A stretch of 55,930 nucleotides of DNA, filler included, from Bipalium vagum (GCA_037834085.1; 3 parts of 3 records of this genome joined end to end with filler, not necessarily neighbours in it), one strand, 5' to 3'; counted from the first letter of the whole stretch, positions 34,801-48,307 are shown. Made by a program: numbers and translations. The notes: a model not told the origin generated them from the letters alone.

Positions 34801-35661
34801 TGACAACTCTTGAGTTTGAAAAGGATCTTTTTCAAGTAATTTGGTCTGTTCATCATCATCAATTTTTTTGGGAGGTTTCCCATGTGTTTTGTTATCGGTG
34901 TTGAAATCTCCAGTTTCGAATAGTAAAAATCACTTTTTGCATGCTGTCCTATATAGGGGTTGTTCAACATATACTTCCTGAAGACAACTATGTGTTTCTG
35001 ATCTACTTTTCTTCGAAATGAAATGATGCACAATAACTCCAAGGAAAATGCTCGTCATAAGTTTCCATTTTGAAATCAATTAATTAATAAATGAGTCGGA
35101 GTCGGCCTTAAAATGGCAAACTATTTCAATGCATCAGAAATCAATCATTCTAAAAAAAGGACGCAGTTAAAGTTGTATATGTAATATGTTTGTATTGTTA
35201 AAACGATGTATAAATATTTTAATAATTATTTAGCACAAGATTTTGAGGACATTCAGTTAATTAAAATAGTAATTATTCACATAAAATTAATTTAGAAATA
35301 ATAAAATAATCAATAATTCTTCTCGAAAAGAATCGATAATTTTATCTATCATTAATTATGTTAATATTGAATTAACAAAAAATTTATAATATTCAAATTG
35401 AAATAACATAAATCTTAAATAATTTTTATATTTTTCCCAGAGCCTCATGGCATATATCAAGAATACGAGAGATTTTACTTTTATATTATTGGCTGGATGA
35501 TGCTTTTCGGATTTGTTTTAATTATCATTTGCCTCTGCTACAAATGTTGGTGTAGATGTCAACATCAGAAATTGAAGTTTCCAAAACGTAAGAAGATTTT
35601 AGACGGAAAATTTGGCTACTTCACTGACAACGAAAAAAAGCCTTTACTTGCACCTTATTAA
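28856..35661 (+). CDS. tyr: Tyrosinase (type I membrane, Cys-rich/EGF-like N-terminus, CuA/CuB), ~560 aa, 6 exons
   Basis: Exons 28856-29009, 29069-29583, 29730-30245, 30292-30420, 33519-33672, 35441-35661; signal peptide, IPRIC..CCP, DDRLNWP..CSCKKNFAGIGCETC, CuA YLHFY / FAHKGPAFFTWHR, PYWDW, SFRNLAEGF, CuB MHNMVHSFING..SPNDPLFLLHH, GYAYD, TM helix, tail EKKPLL. Confidence 0.95.
30790..31340 (+). mobile_element. mariner (DD34D) transposase C-terminal remnant in tyrosinase intron 4
   Basis: KVML*VWWN, LLQHNNAPAH, YPAYIADLAPSNYHMFR, W..VIETDRLYFED. Confidence 0.92.
32690..33300 (+). mobile_element. Second mariner remnant in tyrosinase intron 4
   Basis: RIVMSDE, KFMLCILWD, LHNNARSY, YPVYPSDIAPTGFYLFRSM. 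Confidence 0.85.
33935..34330 (-). mobile_element. Tc1/mariner-superfamily remnant (maT/DD37D-like) in tyrosinase intron 5
   Basis: YFFSPGLKIN, YQQDGAPAH, WPASSLDINTLEYCVW, RACCRFRSRVEAII. Confidence 0.85.
34640..35075 (-). mobile_element. mariner transposase N-terminal remnant in tyrosinase intron 5
   Basis: Degenerate HTH (RSETH..QEVY), HGKPPKK and WVP-like linker region. Confidence 0.65.
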
Positions 35662-36335
35662 TAATAATCAATAATTTCTTCAATTTAATTTTGTTATAAA
35701 TGATTATTTTTAAAAAACTTGATATTAGTGTTCTTGATTTTTAAATTAATAACAAATATTTTTCATTATTAAAACTTTGAGAAAATAAAATTTCATTATA
35801 TAAATAACTTTCATAATAGTATTATAATAAATGAAAATTTAAGTTGTAAAAATAATAAAAATATTTGGGGTTGATAAAAATAAAGACTAATCAATAATCT
35901 TAAGTAAAAAGAAGTTAAATATGAAAGTAAAAAATACTTAAAATCATTTTAGTATTAAATCGGGTTCAGAATATCGATAGTGGACTTTTTAGGAACTTAA
36001 CATAAAATATATGCAAATTCAGAATGATTTAGTGCCCGTACGTTCGAAGTTAAAATATGAGTGACAAATAAAATGTTGATTACGAAAAATTGAACTCTTT
36101 AAACCTCTTAACAAATACTGATTGCAAAACCTTTTATCTTTATAAACGAGAGACGAGAAACTTTTAAACTTTTAAACGATAGAATTTTAATCGATCAACT
36201 GAGCTAACGAGTTGTTTTATAAAATATATTTTATATAAATCTAACAACTTTATTTTTAAATACAATTTTACTTTGGAGTTAAAACCCGAGATAAAGAGTT
36301 AATAGAAAAGTCAGATCACCCTTCGGTATCTTACT

Positions 36336-36435
36336 NNNNNNNNNNNNNNNNNNNNNNNNNNNNNNNNNNNNNNNNNNNNTTAATTAATTAANNNNNNNNN
36401 NNNNNNNNNNNNNNNNNNNNNNNNNNNNNNNNNNN
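36336..36435. other. Assembly scaffolding gap/linker
   Basis: 44 N + TTAATTAATTAA + 44 N, identical to 15812-15911. Confidence 0.97.
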
Positions 36436-36660
36436 TCTTATTGTTATTAATGTTATTATTACTAATAATAATATTTTTTTTTATTCTTGTTATTATTATT
36501 ATTATTATTTTAATTATTACTAATATTATTTTAAACATTATTAATATTATTAATAAAATTAATAATAATAATATTTTCATCATTATTAGTATTATTTATA
36601 TTTTTTAATTATTATTATTACTACTGTTATTATTAATATTAATATTATTATTATTATTAA
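36436..36660. repeat. Degenerate (TAT/AAT)n low-complexity tract
   Basis: Near-continuous ATT/AAT triplets abutting the gap. Confidence 0.85.
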
Positions 36661-39199
36661 AATAAGTGATACGAGGTTTTCGGAAAATAAATAAATGAAA
36701 ACAAAGAACGATGAAACGTGATACAATACAAAATCATTTTCAGAACCCTTTTCTACTTGTTAGATTTTCCATTTCTAAAAAATTTCTTTCTATTCAACAA
36801 TATCAGATTTCTCTCTTTTGATGTTGTCTTGCTTTTTATATTACTTCTGATGAAATATTATTTTTTTTCAAAAAAACTCTTTAAACCGAAAATAATTTTC
36901 AGATGTCAAATTTCCCCTCATTTATTATACATAAGATTTCGAAGTTGTGTCCCACATTGAGGAGAAAAGTTAAAAAAACCAGAAGAAGAAGAAGAAAGGT
37001 TTCTAATTTTATTTGATTTGATTAAAACAAAAAATCTCCCTGATTTTCTAAGACAACTCTGCAAATCTCGTTTCGACGAGATTCCCAAGCCGACAGCAAT
37101 TTCTCCCATCTGCTCCCAAATTCTTTTGATTGTTTTATACTTTTTATTGCTCCATTTAAATTTCAATCAATAATCCCAGATGTCGAGTGAAATGATTTCG
37201 TTTCATAATCGATATTCTCACCGTTTTCCAATATGTGACATGAAATAATTGATTCGTTTCAGTAATTAAGAGAAGCATAATTTCCTGCTTGAATTTATGT
37301 TTTGATATTACTTTCAGGCTTATTTTACTGGGGAAATTTTCATAATGATCTTAAAACAATTGAATTCCGATATTAAATCAATAAAAATGAATTATTATAA
37401 GTAGCATTTATTCACATTACCGGTCTCCTTTTATCCTTTCCGCTTGTTAATAATTAATTTATATAATGAAAAATAAAAATAATTCTCTATTTAATTTGTT
37501 TTATTAATCCTCAAAGAAAAGATCATCGCAATTTTTATCGATATTTCACACTATATTTATTTTCTATAATAATATTTGTTTTATTAATAAAAATTGTTTA
37601 TTGGTTGTAATTAAATATGATTTCGCTTATTTCCTTTTGTTATAATTTTATTTGTTCAATGAAGCTGAAAAATATATTTTTTTCAAATAATCGATAAAAA
37701 GTCGCGGGAAATTTTGACAATAATTTCATTTGTCTTTTTAAATATTATTATTATAATTTATAATAATAATTAAATAAATTAAATTTTCTAAATAAAAAAA
37801 AAAGAAAATTGAAAAAAATTTTTTTCAGTTAATATAAACAAAAAAATGAAAGGAAACGACTTCGAGCAAGACTTATCATCAATCTTTTTATGCTCGGACG
37901 ATATGTAATTTTCCAAATTTAATTTTTCGGAAAAATTTATTAATAAATTAAAAAGAAAAATAAAATATTTTCATTTTATAAATTGAAATGGAAAATCTGA
38001 TATGAATTTTCAATCATTTTTGGAAAACTTTAATTCTTTTTCATGTAAATAATTAATAATAGAGATATCTGACAATTGTTTGAATGGCAGAGATTTGTGA
38101 ATAGGTCTGGGGAAAAGATTGGCATATTGGTTAATAATTGATGGGTAAGGATTGGAGAAATAATAAATTAAATGAAAAATCAATAATCGTCGGTGGAATA
38201 TCGTCACATAAAAATTAATTTTATTTCACATGCAGAATCAATTAATAATTGATCTTTATTGAAAAAAATTGAATAATTTTTTGATTAAAATTTTTTTTTA
38301 TTTTTCCAATGTGAAATTAAAACAAATTAATGAATAATTAATTTGTGATTTATGTGAATTTTTTCCCGTTACATTTTTTTGATAAATCGTTGATATGTTT
38401 TTATTTATAAATTATTTATGAATATTATTATTTTTACAATTATAAATTTAATTAATTTTCCATCCGAACCTTTCCTGGAATATATGAAATTTTGTTTGAA
38501 AGACACGAAAAAAAATAATTTCATTAATAATGAATTCAACAAATAAAAATTAAAAAAGCACGAACGTCAATAATTATAAAAGATTATTTCTCTCCCAATT
38601 CCAGTGATAGCTGGAAAATAAAAAAATATTTTTAAATTGTGAAAGATAAAGAAAAATAGACAAATAAACTTTAATTTTATTATTTAACAATATTTTCTTT
38701 CCTGGTGCAATCAATATTAAGGGTTTTGAAACCGATTAAAGTGTTGAATTAAAAATTATTTCTGTTCTTTATCTATAGTAAAGTTTTCAAAAATTCGAAA
38801 TTTCCTTTTTCGAATGTCCTTTATCATGGGCATCAATTATTCTTTGTCGTATGTCATTTGTAAGCATGCTAAATAACAAATTAAAAGCATGTAAAATTAC
38901 AAATGTTATACAATGCATAAAATGTAAACTTGCTTTTCAATTTTAATTATGTAAATTTTGAGATATGCAAATAATAAATTAGTCTAATTAGTGTAATTAA
39001 ACAATGTAGCTGAGAAAATATGTATTTGAAATAAGATTACAAAAATTTGAAATGAGGTTATAAACCATGTAATAATATAGGGTGTTTCTGAAAAACCAGA
39101 ATTTAAAAAAAGGATCATCTTTTTTTTCTGAACATAGTGGACAAAATAAAAAGATAAAGTTAATCGACTTAGTCAAAATAAGATGAGAAAATCTATAAA

Positions 39200-40130
39200 C
39201 CTAAATATTTATTAATAACAAAATTTCTAGTTGATTTTTCCTTTGAATGTTTTGTCTCCACATCCATTCGTACAGGAATGATTGTAGAACTGTACCATAT
39301 ACACCTTTTATCGTGACAACCTTGTTTTTGAGGTGTCCCCATATTTGTGTATGAGCACCGGTCTCTGTATTCACAAAATTCATTTTATGATTCACCGTTA
39401 GGTGTTCTTCGCCAATTGTGAGCATGCTCGCCATTCATCACTCATTATAGTTGAATCATGGGTAATAATGTTGTGGATTTTCGATCTTCCAATAATTGTA
39501 AAACAATGGTTGCTATCTTCGAGTCATCAAGCATGCAAAACAACAATAACTCATGTTCAGGAGCAAACCATTTATGATTTTCGAGTTTGTACCTTAAAGT
39601 GGATTACAAGTAATTATTATAAAGAAAAGTAAAACTTACTTAATTTGAGATTCTTCTAATTGAGCTACTCCACCAACTTCACCAAGTATAATAGGGTCTT
39701 CTGAGAAAAATAAATGAGACTGTTGTGTTATTTGAGCATAAAACTGACGAATAACAGATTTTGAAACTCTTGGGTCTTCAATGGCAGACTTTTGGGATCT
39801 ACCCAGGCCACAATAATATATTAAATGAATACACTTGTTCTGAGAAATTTTAAATTTTTAGAAAAAGATTTTCTTCTGATTGAAAAATATTTTTCTTTAT
39901 TTTTGCAATCTCGTTGTTAACACCGTCATGAAACATCATCACTGTTTCTTTTTGATGTTGATTTCTTAAAAATGGTAGCCACAAAGATCACATTTACCTA
40001 ACAATTATTATTAATAAATAATTAACTAACATTAAAATACCTGATAATAATAAACCATTTTCTCTTAAGAAGCAAATTGTCTCGGCAGGAAGACCAATAA
40101 TTTGATGTTTAATTATCTTTGAATCCATAT
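39200..40130 (-). mobile_element. Merlin (IS1595/ISXO2-like) transposase remnant
   Basis: N-terminal CDLCG Zn-ribbon, SIRRKSF, LGEVGGVAQLEES, HLTVNHKMNFVNTETGAHTQ..WGHLK, LQSFLYEWMWR. Confidence 0.85.
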
Positions 40131-40936
40131 TTCGTAAAGTAAGATAATTAACAATAGTATATCTTTTGGTATATCTTTATCAATGGCAATCCCTTTCGAT
40201 GAAAAGTTGATGGTGATGAAAACAGATGACATGTTGCTGGTCATAAAAAAGATGATTCAAAAATTCAATAGAATAACTGACTCTTCAGATGTCAATGTCT
40301 GTAATAAATGAATCAAACTTATTTGTTTTATTAAATCAATTATTCGAATTGTCATTATCATAAATTTAAAATTAGTAATAAACCCCAAAACTGAAAATAA
40401 TTATTTTCTCGTCCAGATTTAACCACAAATGTTAACTATGCGTTGGAAATAATCAAGTTTTACAGTATGCTGGTGAAGAAATAGGTTCATATAATTGTTG
40501 ACTGCAATCTTTGTTGTAATTTCCACTTTCAAATTTTAGATAGTAAAAACTATTATTGCTGAAAGACATGTGGATTTCCTTCAATAGATTCTGGATTTCA
40601 AAAGAGTTAAACATTTAGATCTTATACATAGCAGTGATAGTCACTAACTGGCTGTCATGGGACAAGTCTTCTATGAAAAATATGAAATTAAAAGTCTAAC
40701 AACCTTACTACTCAAATATAAATTTAATGGACAAGTGTTTGTTCAGAAATATAAAAGGGGAAAAACATAATTTCAGAATATTATTTCTCTCTCGGGAAAT
40801 CTGAAAAATTTCATGAAAAATAAAATCATAAAATTGAAGCTATCTACAGAGTTTGGACACCTAAAAATCAACATAAAGTAACAAAGAAAAATAGAAATTA
40901 TACCTAACTGCTTGCGTTTGTATAAATAAAAAAATA

Positions 40937-41401
40937 CAGAGTGCATCACTTAAAACCGGAAGAAATTTTTGCAATAAACCTTAATTAATAATTCTGGAAC
41001 TGAGTTTATACATCGTTTAAAAAATAAATATATTGAGTAACTGTTAATTATAAATTAATTTTTAGATATGAGTAATGAGATCGAATGCAGGACTGCAGTA
41101 ATTGATGTTCTCCTTAAAGAATGTAGAAAGTTGGAAATTCTTAAATTTTTGAACCTATCTAAAACGACAGTGCATAACATTGCTCATAGGTATTTCAATA
41201 CAGAAGATTCCAAGAACTGCATTAGAAAGATTCATGATCGATTTATGTTAAAGAAGCGGAGCTCCGTCATCAAAGGAAAAGAGGCTGGATTTAATGATAT
41301 GAAATATTAATTTAGAATTCAAATTAATAAATACACTGATCATTTCTAAAATAGACATTTTTGTTTTTGAACATTTTTTCGGATTTAAGTGGTGTACCCT
41401 G
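40937..41401 (+). mobile_element. Internally deleted Tc1/mariner-superfamily element with both TIRs (maT-like)
   Basis: TA|CAGAGTGCATCACTTAAAACCGGAAGAAAT ... ATTTTTTCGGATTTAAGTGGTGTACCCTG|TA; HTH ORF 41068-41310. Confidence 0.85.
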
Positions 41402-43341
41402 TATATATATTAATATTGTTCTGTTGGATATTTTGAATATTTTAAAAAACCCTTTTTACTTATAGTCAATTCGTTATAAATTATTTTTTACTAATAAAAA
41501 TAAAAATCAATTTTATTTTGTTGAAAAATTTTTGTTTACATTATTAATGAGCATTATATTTTAAAATTTCAAAATAATAGCTTTTGAAAACCTGAGATAT
41601 AAAACTGAATGTTAAAATATCTTCAAAAGTAAATTATTGGATAACTATGAATACAGATAATATTATAATACTTTAATATCTTTCTCGCTGTATTTTCCTA
41701 AATTATTATTTAATATTTAATTAATTAGTTTTCTTCCATTCTTAAGAAACAATCGAAATAATAGACCCTCTCTAATCTGAAAATGAACCACAACATCAAT
41801 ATTGCATATTTGTCTTCAAGTACTTGGTTAATGAATATTTTTAAAAATTTTAACGTGTATTGTCTTAACATTTTTTTATATAGGTCGTGTTATTTAATTT
41901 AAGATTTAGCTAATTACAATCTTAATTTAAATCAAAAAGTTAAATTTACACTAATTTAGATTGAAATGTGCGCTTTAAAGTTATATATAAGAAGCGATTT
42001 AAAACAAAAGATATTTTTTTAAAATAATGTCTAACAAATGATTATGACATTAAACGACTTATTTTTTGAACAACCTTATATTTATTTTATTTTTAAATTT
42101 TTTTTTCATTTTTTTCATTATTTAACTTGATTTTATAATCAACAATTCATATAACAAGACTGTAACCTCTTATAAACTTCATAAAACCAATTTTAATTTT
42201 CTCTAAGTTTAATGAGATTTACATATACCAAAAAATTTTGAATTGATCAGGGCAAAGTGAAATTTAGATAGGGTTGCATTAAAATTTGTCTGATCCTTCA
42301 AACCATGAACGAATTGTTATGAGCAACAATGAAATATGCTGTCATGAGGTAACTTTATCTCTCTTTACAAATTCCTGACAATTTCACGTATTTAAACCAG
42401 AGTTATTAAATGTTATTTATTTCTTTGCTGAAGTCTTTCAATCTTCACCTAGGACTGGAAGTTTAAATTCAGAAACATTGGACCAATTGACACTTAAAAT
42501 AATCTTTCAATACTTATAAAATAAAATAATAATATTTTTCAAAAAAATAAAAATGTTTTTTAAATTATTATTTAACAAAAACCTCCATACAAAATCATTT
42601 ATTGTCCTTTTATTTGGACATAAAAAAGACAGTTCATGGATGGTTGAAAAGTACTGATCTTGAAATGAGATCTGATTACTTTCAGTACATACGAAAAATA
42701 AGGAACTTTCCGAAAAACACAGATAGAAAAGTTCCCGTCATGACATGTACTAGCAATTATTTTCTTCAAAATCATTATTTATTGAAATTATGATTGGCTT
42801 ATAATTTTTTTAATTTATACTTGAAATATAAATGAGAATAAAATTCATTAATTACTACATTTTGTCTATTTTATTATCAATTTCAAAGGTTTTTAATCAG
42901 TATTTCTGTTTTTATGTCTTTTAATATAACCTGATGATCAATCTCTCTCTGTAAGATTAAAGAAAATTAATTAATTATTAATTACTGCTTAATCAAATAA
43001 GTCAAATACATTTAATTAAATGGATATTGGCAATAGGAAAGATCATTATAGCTTATAACATAAAGAGTAGTTTCTATTGCTTTGTTCATTGGGGTCCAAA
43101 ATGGATATCAAATTCACAAAAGAGAATTATAATACCTTCAAATCAAAAATTATAATATAAAATTTTAAATAATAAATAAAAATAATATTTTTTGTATTTG
43201 AACTTTCCAAAAAAATCAGGTATGAAAGTCAAAATAGAAAATTGATCACTTAAAATGTGAAAATATATCTTAATTAAAATTTCCATTTGAAAATAATAAT
43301 AAAATAATTATTAAAAAGTTTATAAATGGTACAAAAAATTA

Positions 43342-43951
43342 TTAGGTATATTAGTATGATTTCAGATTTTACAAAAATGAGTTAAAATTTGTGGTTCAAT
43401 AAATAAATTAAATTGGTATCACATAATTTCTGTACGATTATACATTAATAATTCAATAAAAAAATTCAATAACTTTATTTAAAGAGATATTGCTTAAATA
43501 ATACAGAAATTCCAAATGGACAATTTTGTTTCAAATAAACGTCATTTGTGAGAAGTAATAGACATGATAAGATAATTTTACTACAAGATAACGCTAGACA
43601 GCATGTTTATTTTATTGTAAATAATTACTTAGAAGGTTCAAACTGTGAAGTCTTACACTACCCGTCATATTCACCAGGTACTGGTCCTTCGGATTTCCAT
43701 TTTTTCTGCTCGATGCAATCTGTGATTTCTGGGAAGCGGTTCAGTGCCGATGAAGACCTTAAAAAATGGATTGGTAGCTGGATTTCTTCAAAAGAACCAA
43801 AATTCTTTTTGTGGAATCCATTCATTGTCTAAAAGATGGTCCAATGTCATATCTGTAAATAAAAAATATTTTGATCAAATGTTATTAAATAAAACTTTTA
43901 AAAATTGTCTCTCATTTATTAAAAAGTCCGGAATCATACTAATATACGTAA
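43342..43951 (+). mobile_element. Internally deleted mariner with both TIRs and TA target duplication
   Basis: TIRs TTA[G/C]GTATATTAGTATGATT[T/C]C[A/G]GA; start MDNFVSNKRHL joined to LLQDNARQH, YPSYSPGTGPSDFHFF. Confidence 0.92.
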
Positions 43952-44279
43952 TACAAAAAATATTTTTATAAATTTTATTTTTAAAATTTTTCATGTAAAA
44001 GTAAAATCAATATTGTCAAAATATTTTTTTAATATGTAAGGCTCTGATAAAATAAAAATATAAATAATTAATTTGAAAATATTTTTCAATGTATCAAATG
44101 GGATTTCGAATATTCTTAAATATTAACAATGATTTAAATTTTTGTTACATAAAAAATAAATAAAATTTTATAATCACAATATTATTATTAAGCAGAAGTA
44201 AGTTTCGGGTTTCCAGAACGGTCATAATAAGGAAAAAGCTTTTGAGTAATATGTGGTATCTTAATTATATTTAACTGTG

Positions 44280-44730
44280 GTAAGCTCAAAACATTCATGA
44301 TCAAAAGATCATTGTGTATAGTTGATGGTATCAGTTGGATATATTATATTATTAGTTGTCACGGGGAATCGCTATCAACTTTAATTTATGCGTTAAAGCA
44401 GAGCATGAAAGGATAAATGTCATTACACCCACATATCTGAAAAATTCATGTTGCAACATGACAATGCTTGTCTAAAAGCTTCACAGCCGGTTAAAGTATA
44501 CTTAAAAACCCTTCAGAATAAATAAAACTCCATCAGCCGTATTAATCAGACATTACAACTATCGATTATGACCTGTTCCATTCGATGTAGTATAGTCTGG
44601 CTGACAAGCACTTTACGTCGAAAGAAACTGACTTGAATCTTGGATCTTCTCAAGAAATATGGATTTCTTTTAAAGAGGATCCGTAGGTGGGAGATGAGAC
44701 CAGGTAATGGAAAAGGATGGACAATATATA
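44280..44730 (+). mobile_element. mariner C-terminal remnant
   Basis: LQHDNA, HQPY*SDITTIDYDLFHSM. Confidence 0.75.
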
Positions 44731-44879
44731 TGCCTTTTTTGTAATAAACATTATTCATTTTAGTTATTTCGTAGTTAACACTAGTAGCATAAGATTTTTA
44801 AACAATTCTGTAAACTTGAAGGCTTTTCTAAACAGACGTACTCGTATGATATTTAAATTCATATGAATTCCATTTTAGA

Positions 44880-45860
44880 ATAGAGTCGTGTAAAAAGAAA
44901 TGTACACACCTGTTTAAATACATATATTTTACCATTTTTGAAATAAACATAAACTAATAACTTTTTATATCACCAGAAATGTTATAAAAAGTCTTAATAC
45001 GTTCAATCATGGATTCAATCTAAATAAGACGATGTTGTGTTCTGCTTATTAAGTCATTTATTTTCATTGGAGCTCATATCAAGACTAATACTAGGCTCTG
45101 AAAAACCATAAACATCATAGACCTCCAGAAATGTCTTTGTTGATCTGTAGGCATTTACAGAATCATTGTCAGGTTGAAATTGGTTTCCATTTGGTAAAAG
45201 TTTGTACATAAATGACAGTAAACCAGTTCTGAATTAAACGTTCCACTTTTAACCATGTATATTCATTCAAAGAGAAAGCACGAAAAATCATACAACTGCT
45301 TGTGTTTCGATTCACATGAGTAAGTACACATTTTTCATTTTTCTATACGCCGGTGCACATACCGAACAGCATCAGTGCTTAATGAAATCAATGCGAGACC
45401 AGTCATCTAATATCCAATGTAAGTTATTGAGTACCCACTTACTTCTTCGATCTTTCAGTTCTTGATTTAGATTTGGTTTCTCGCAGGTGTATACATACAT
45501 GGTTCATTTTTACAAAGTAGTCTACTCACAATTCGTGAGAAATATTATAGATAATTTCCTTTCGTATTTCGACAGTACTTCTAAAGCGGCGATTAACTTT
45601 ACAATTTTGTACGATATGACGTTCTTCTTGCTCACTTGTGATTTCAGTGGTTCCGCATTGTGATATATTACTCTTCATTGGCGCATTACTTCTTTGCAGT
45701 CATTGGTAACATTTAATAACTGTATTTCTAGACATCTTAAGTAAACCGTAATTTCCTGGTAGCTCAATTGAAAATCAAATTCCAGTGAATATATTCTTCA
45801 ACACATAAAATCTGATAAATTTGCACCTCTTCATTTTTTTGTTTGTATCCATTTTAAATA
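44880..45860 (-). mobile_element. Tc1 transposase remnant
   Basis: Start MDTNKK, HTH-like region, SCMIFRAFS, FQPDND; TIR-like gtcgtgtaaaaagaaatgtacacacc near 44885. Confidence 0.65.
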
Positions 45861-46218
45861 AATATTTAGTTAAACAAATTTAGAAAACATCTGATTTGCT
45901 TTATATTTTTTCATTAGTTGCCTTTTTCCTTTAGTTAAATAGTTTCAACAAATAAATAAGAAATAACTTTAAGAAATGCATTATTTTTTAAAAATATATG
46001 GGTATTATTTTATTCATATTATTATTCATATATTCATATTCATATTATTTATTTTTTTTGTAATTAAAAATTTCCTTTAGTGTTTTGAAATAATTTAAAC
46101 AAAGTACCTCGTGATAGATTATTTATAATCATTTAAAAATGAATAAGACTTTACAACTAAAAAACTAAAAATCACAATAAAATTAATTATTACCACCACT
46201 ACTACTACTACTAATACA

Positions 46219-46220
<2 letters not shown>

Positions 46221-46278
<58 letters not shown>
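46221..46278 (+). repeat. (AAT)n microsatellite
   Basis: About 19 perfect TAA units preceded by (TAC)n. Confidence 0.95.
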
Positions 46279-47149
46279 TGACAAAATAGCTATTTGCTTG
46301 ACAAAGCTATGTGTACAAATACCTGAATCAGATTTCGTATTGTAAAATTCATAAAAAATAATATAAAATCATAATGAAATAAGTAATCCTTTTTTCTTGG
46401 AATAAGTAAATAAAATAATAATAATAAATAATTTAAATTATTCACATTTTCAAAAAATATTTCTTGTGACCTGTAATTAAAAAAGAAATATTTCTAAAAT
46501 AAATAATTCAGTTACTTCGAATGTAGAAATTAAGAAAAGTTTTTTGTTAACTTTTAAAATCTAAAAGAAAATTATTTCACTTATAAATTAATTTTTAGTT
46601 CTCCTAATGTCCAACATTGTTCTCCTTCAGTGTGAGTACGATAAATTGGCAAGAATAATTAACTTCAATATATCCAGTGTTTCTAATTAAAAATTCATAT
46701 GTTGTTTAAATAATCATAAATCTGCATCACTTAAATTTATTTTTCATACATAATTTACGAATCAACCAAAATAAAAGATCTAACAATCATTGTCAGTCAA
46801 TAATTATAAATACCTTAGATTATGATTTTCCTCTGCAAAATACAGTTTATTCTGTATTATTTAATTATTTTACTGTATGATTTGGATCTTCAAAATTCTA
46901 AATGAGCAGTAAGACATTATTCAACAGTTGCTCAAGAGAAATTTTTGTAATCACGAAGCACATTTCGGAAGAGAAAAATAAATAAAACTGATTATTCTCC
47001 CGAGAAGCAGAATTCTTCAATTCTATACTTAATATCTGATTATAGGTACGTAAAAATGGGCTAGTTAAAGAAAATCTCAAAGAAAAAATATATTTATCAT
47101 CTTTTTTATAAAATTTTTATCTTAACATTTTAAGGCTTAATATTACAAT

Positions 47150-48250
47150 TGATTATTGTACGAAAAGATATTACTAGTCAAAGGAAAAATTTCTTTCATG
47201 AAAATAGTTGTATGGATTTAATTTCTTAATTACTCTTGTTCAGATGGACTGTACTTCTTCAACTTATCCTTTAGTTTGGACTTCGATGGTTTCTCAAAGT
47301 GAATAATAAGATAATCCATAACCCATAAATAAAATTAGAGAAATATCCACAATTCACTGTTGAATAAAACAGCCAAAGAGTTTGATATATACAAGAACGG
47401 CAAAGGAGATTCCAAATTTTAAATGAATACGTATTTTATTAGTAACAATTTTTTTGATTAACATGGAATACTGTTCATAAAGCACCAATTTATTCATCTG
47501 AAACTTTTGGCCAGATACATGTTCCGCAACTTAGAATTTGACACACGAAGAATTCAATTTAGCACCAAGAAAGAACTTGAATTAAATCTGAACAAGTTCA
47601 ATCAAAAATAACACGAGTCAATTCAAATGGACAGTAGTTAGATCATTTAAAAGGAGACATAGGAGAAGTATAGTTGATATTGAAGGTGAATACCTAGATT
47701 TGTGTAAATACCTCTTAAATATTAATAAACTTGATCTGTATTTATATTTAACATTTTTGAAAATAAATTCGGTATGAAGTATTACAAATTGCAACAGCAC
47801 TTGACTCGCGATACAAAAATTTAAACAGGTTGTCCAAAGAATTTGAAAATTATACATGGAAAAATGTCAATAGATGTATGTCTCAAGAGATTTATAATTG
47901 GATTGGTAATCAGCTAAAAGTAGAGATTAACAAAACCATTTTAAAACAAATGAAACAGATTGACTCACACTGAATCCGAAGAAAGTTTTGAAAATAATTT
48001 GGACGAACTATATGTATAGGAAAGTGAAAAAACGAATTCCAAAATTGACTGATCCATTACAATGGTGGAAACTAAATGAACATCATTACCAAAAATTACC
48101 TGTTTTAACAAAGAGAGCTTTGAACATTCCGTAAACGTTGGTTTCATGTGAACGAATCTTTAGCTCTGCTGGTTATATTGTTAACAAGACGTATTCATCA
48201 CTCGAACCTAATTCCGTTAACTTGCTATTTTGCTTAAGCAATTGCTTATA
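47150..48250 (+). mobile_element. hAT transposase C-terminal remnant (dimerisation domain)
   Basis: TWNT, PLQWWKLNEHHY..L..ELLNIP..VSCERIFSSAGYIVNKTYSSLEPNSVNLLFCL. Confidence 0.88.
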
Positions 48251-48307
48251 AAATGATATGCATGTAATGAACTGTGTCGTTTTCGCATAAATATATATTA
48301 GTTATTA

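Noticed and set aside
36380-36583. I/L/N-rich ORF, and similarly 50230-50418
   Set aside because: Translations of AAT/TAT microsatellite and gap sequence
36718-37260. ORFs 36718-36960 and 36918-37166 as a fourth host gene
   Set aside because: No domain recognised and no consistent splice model could be built
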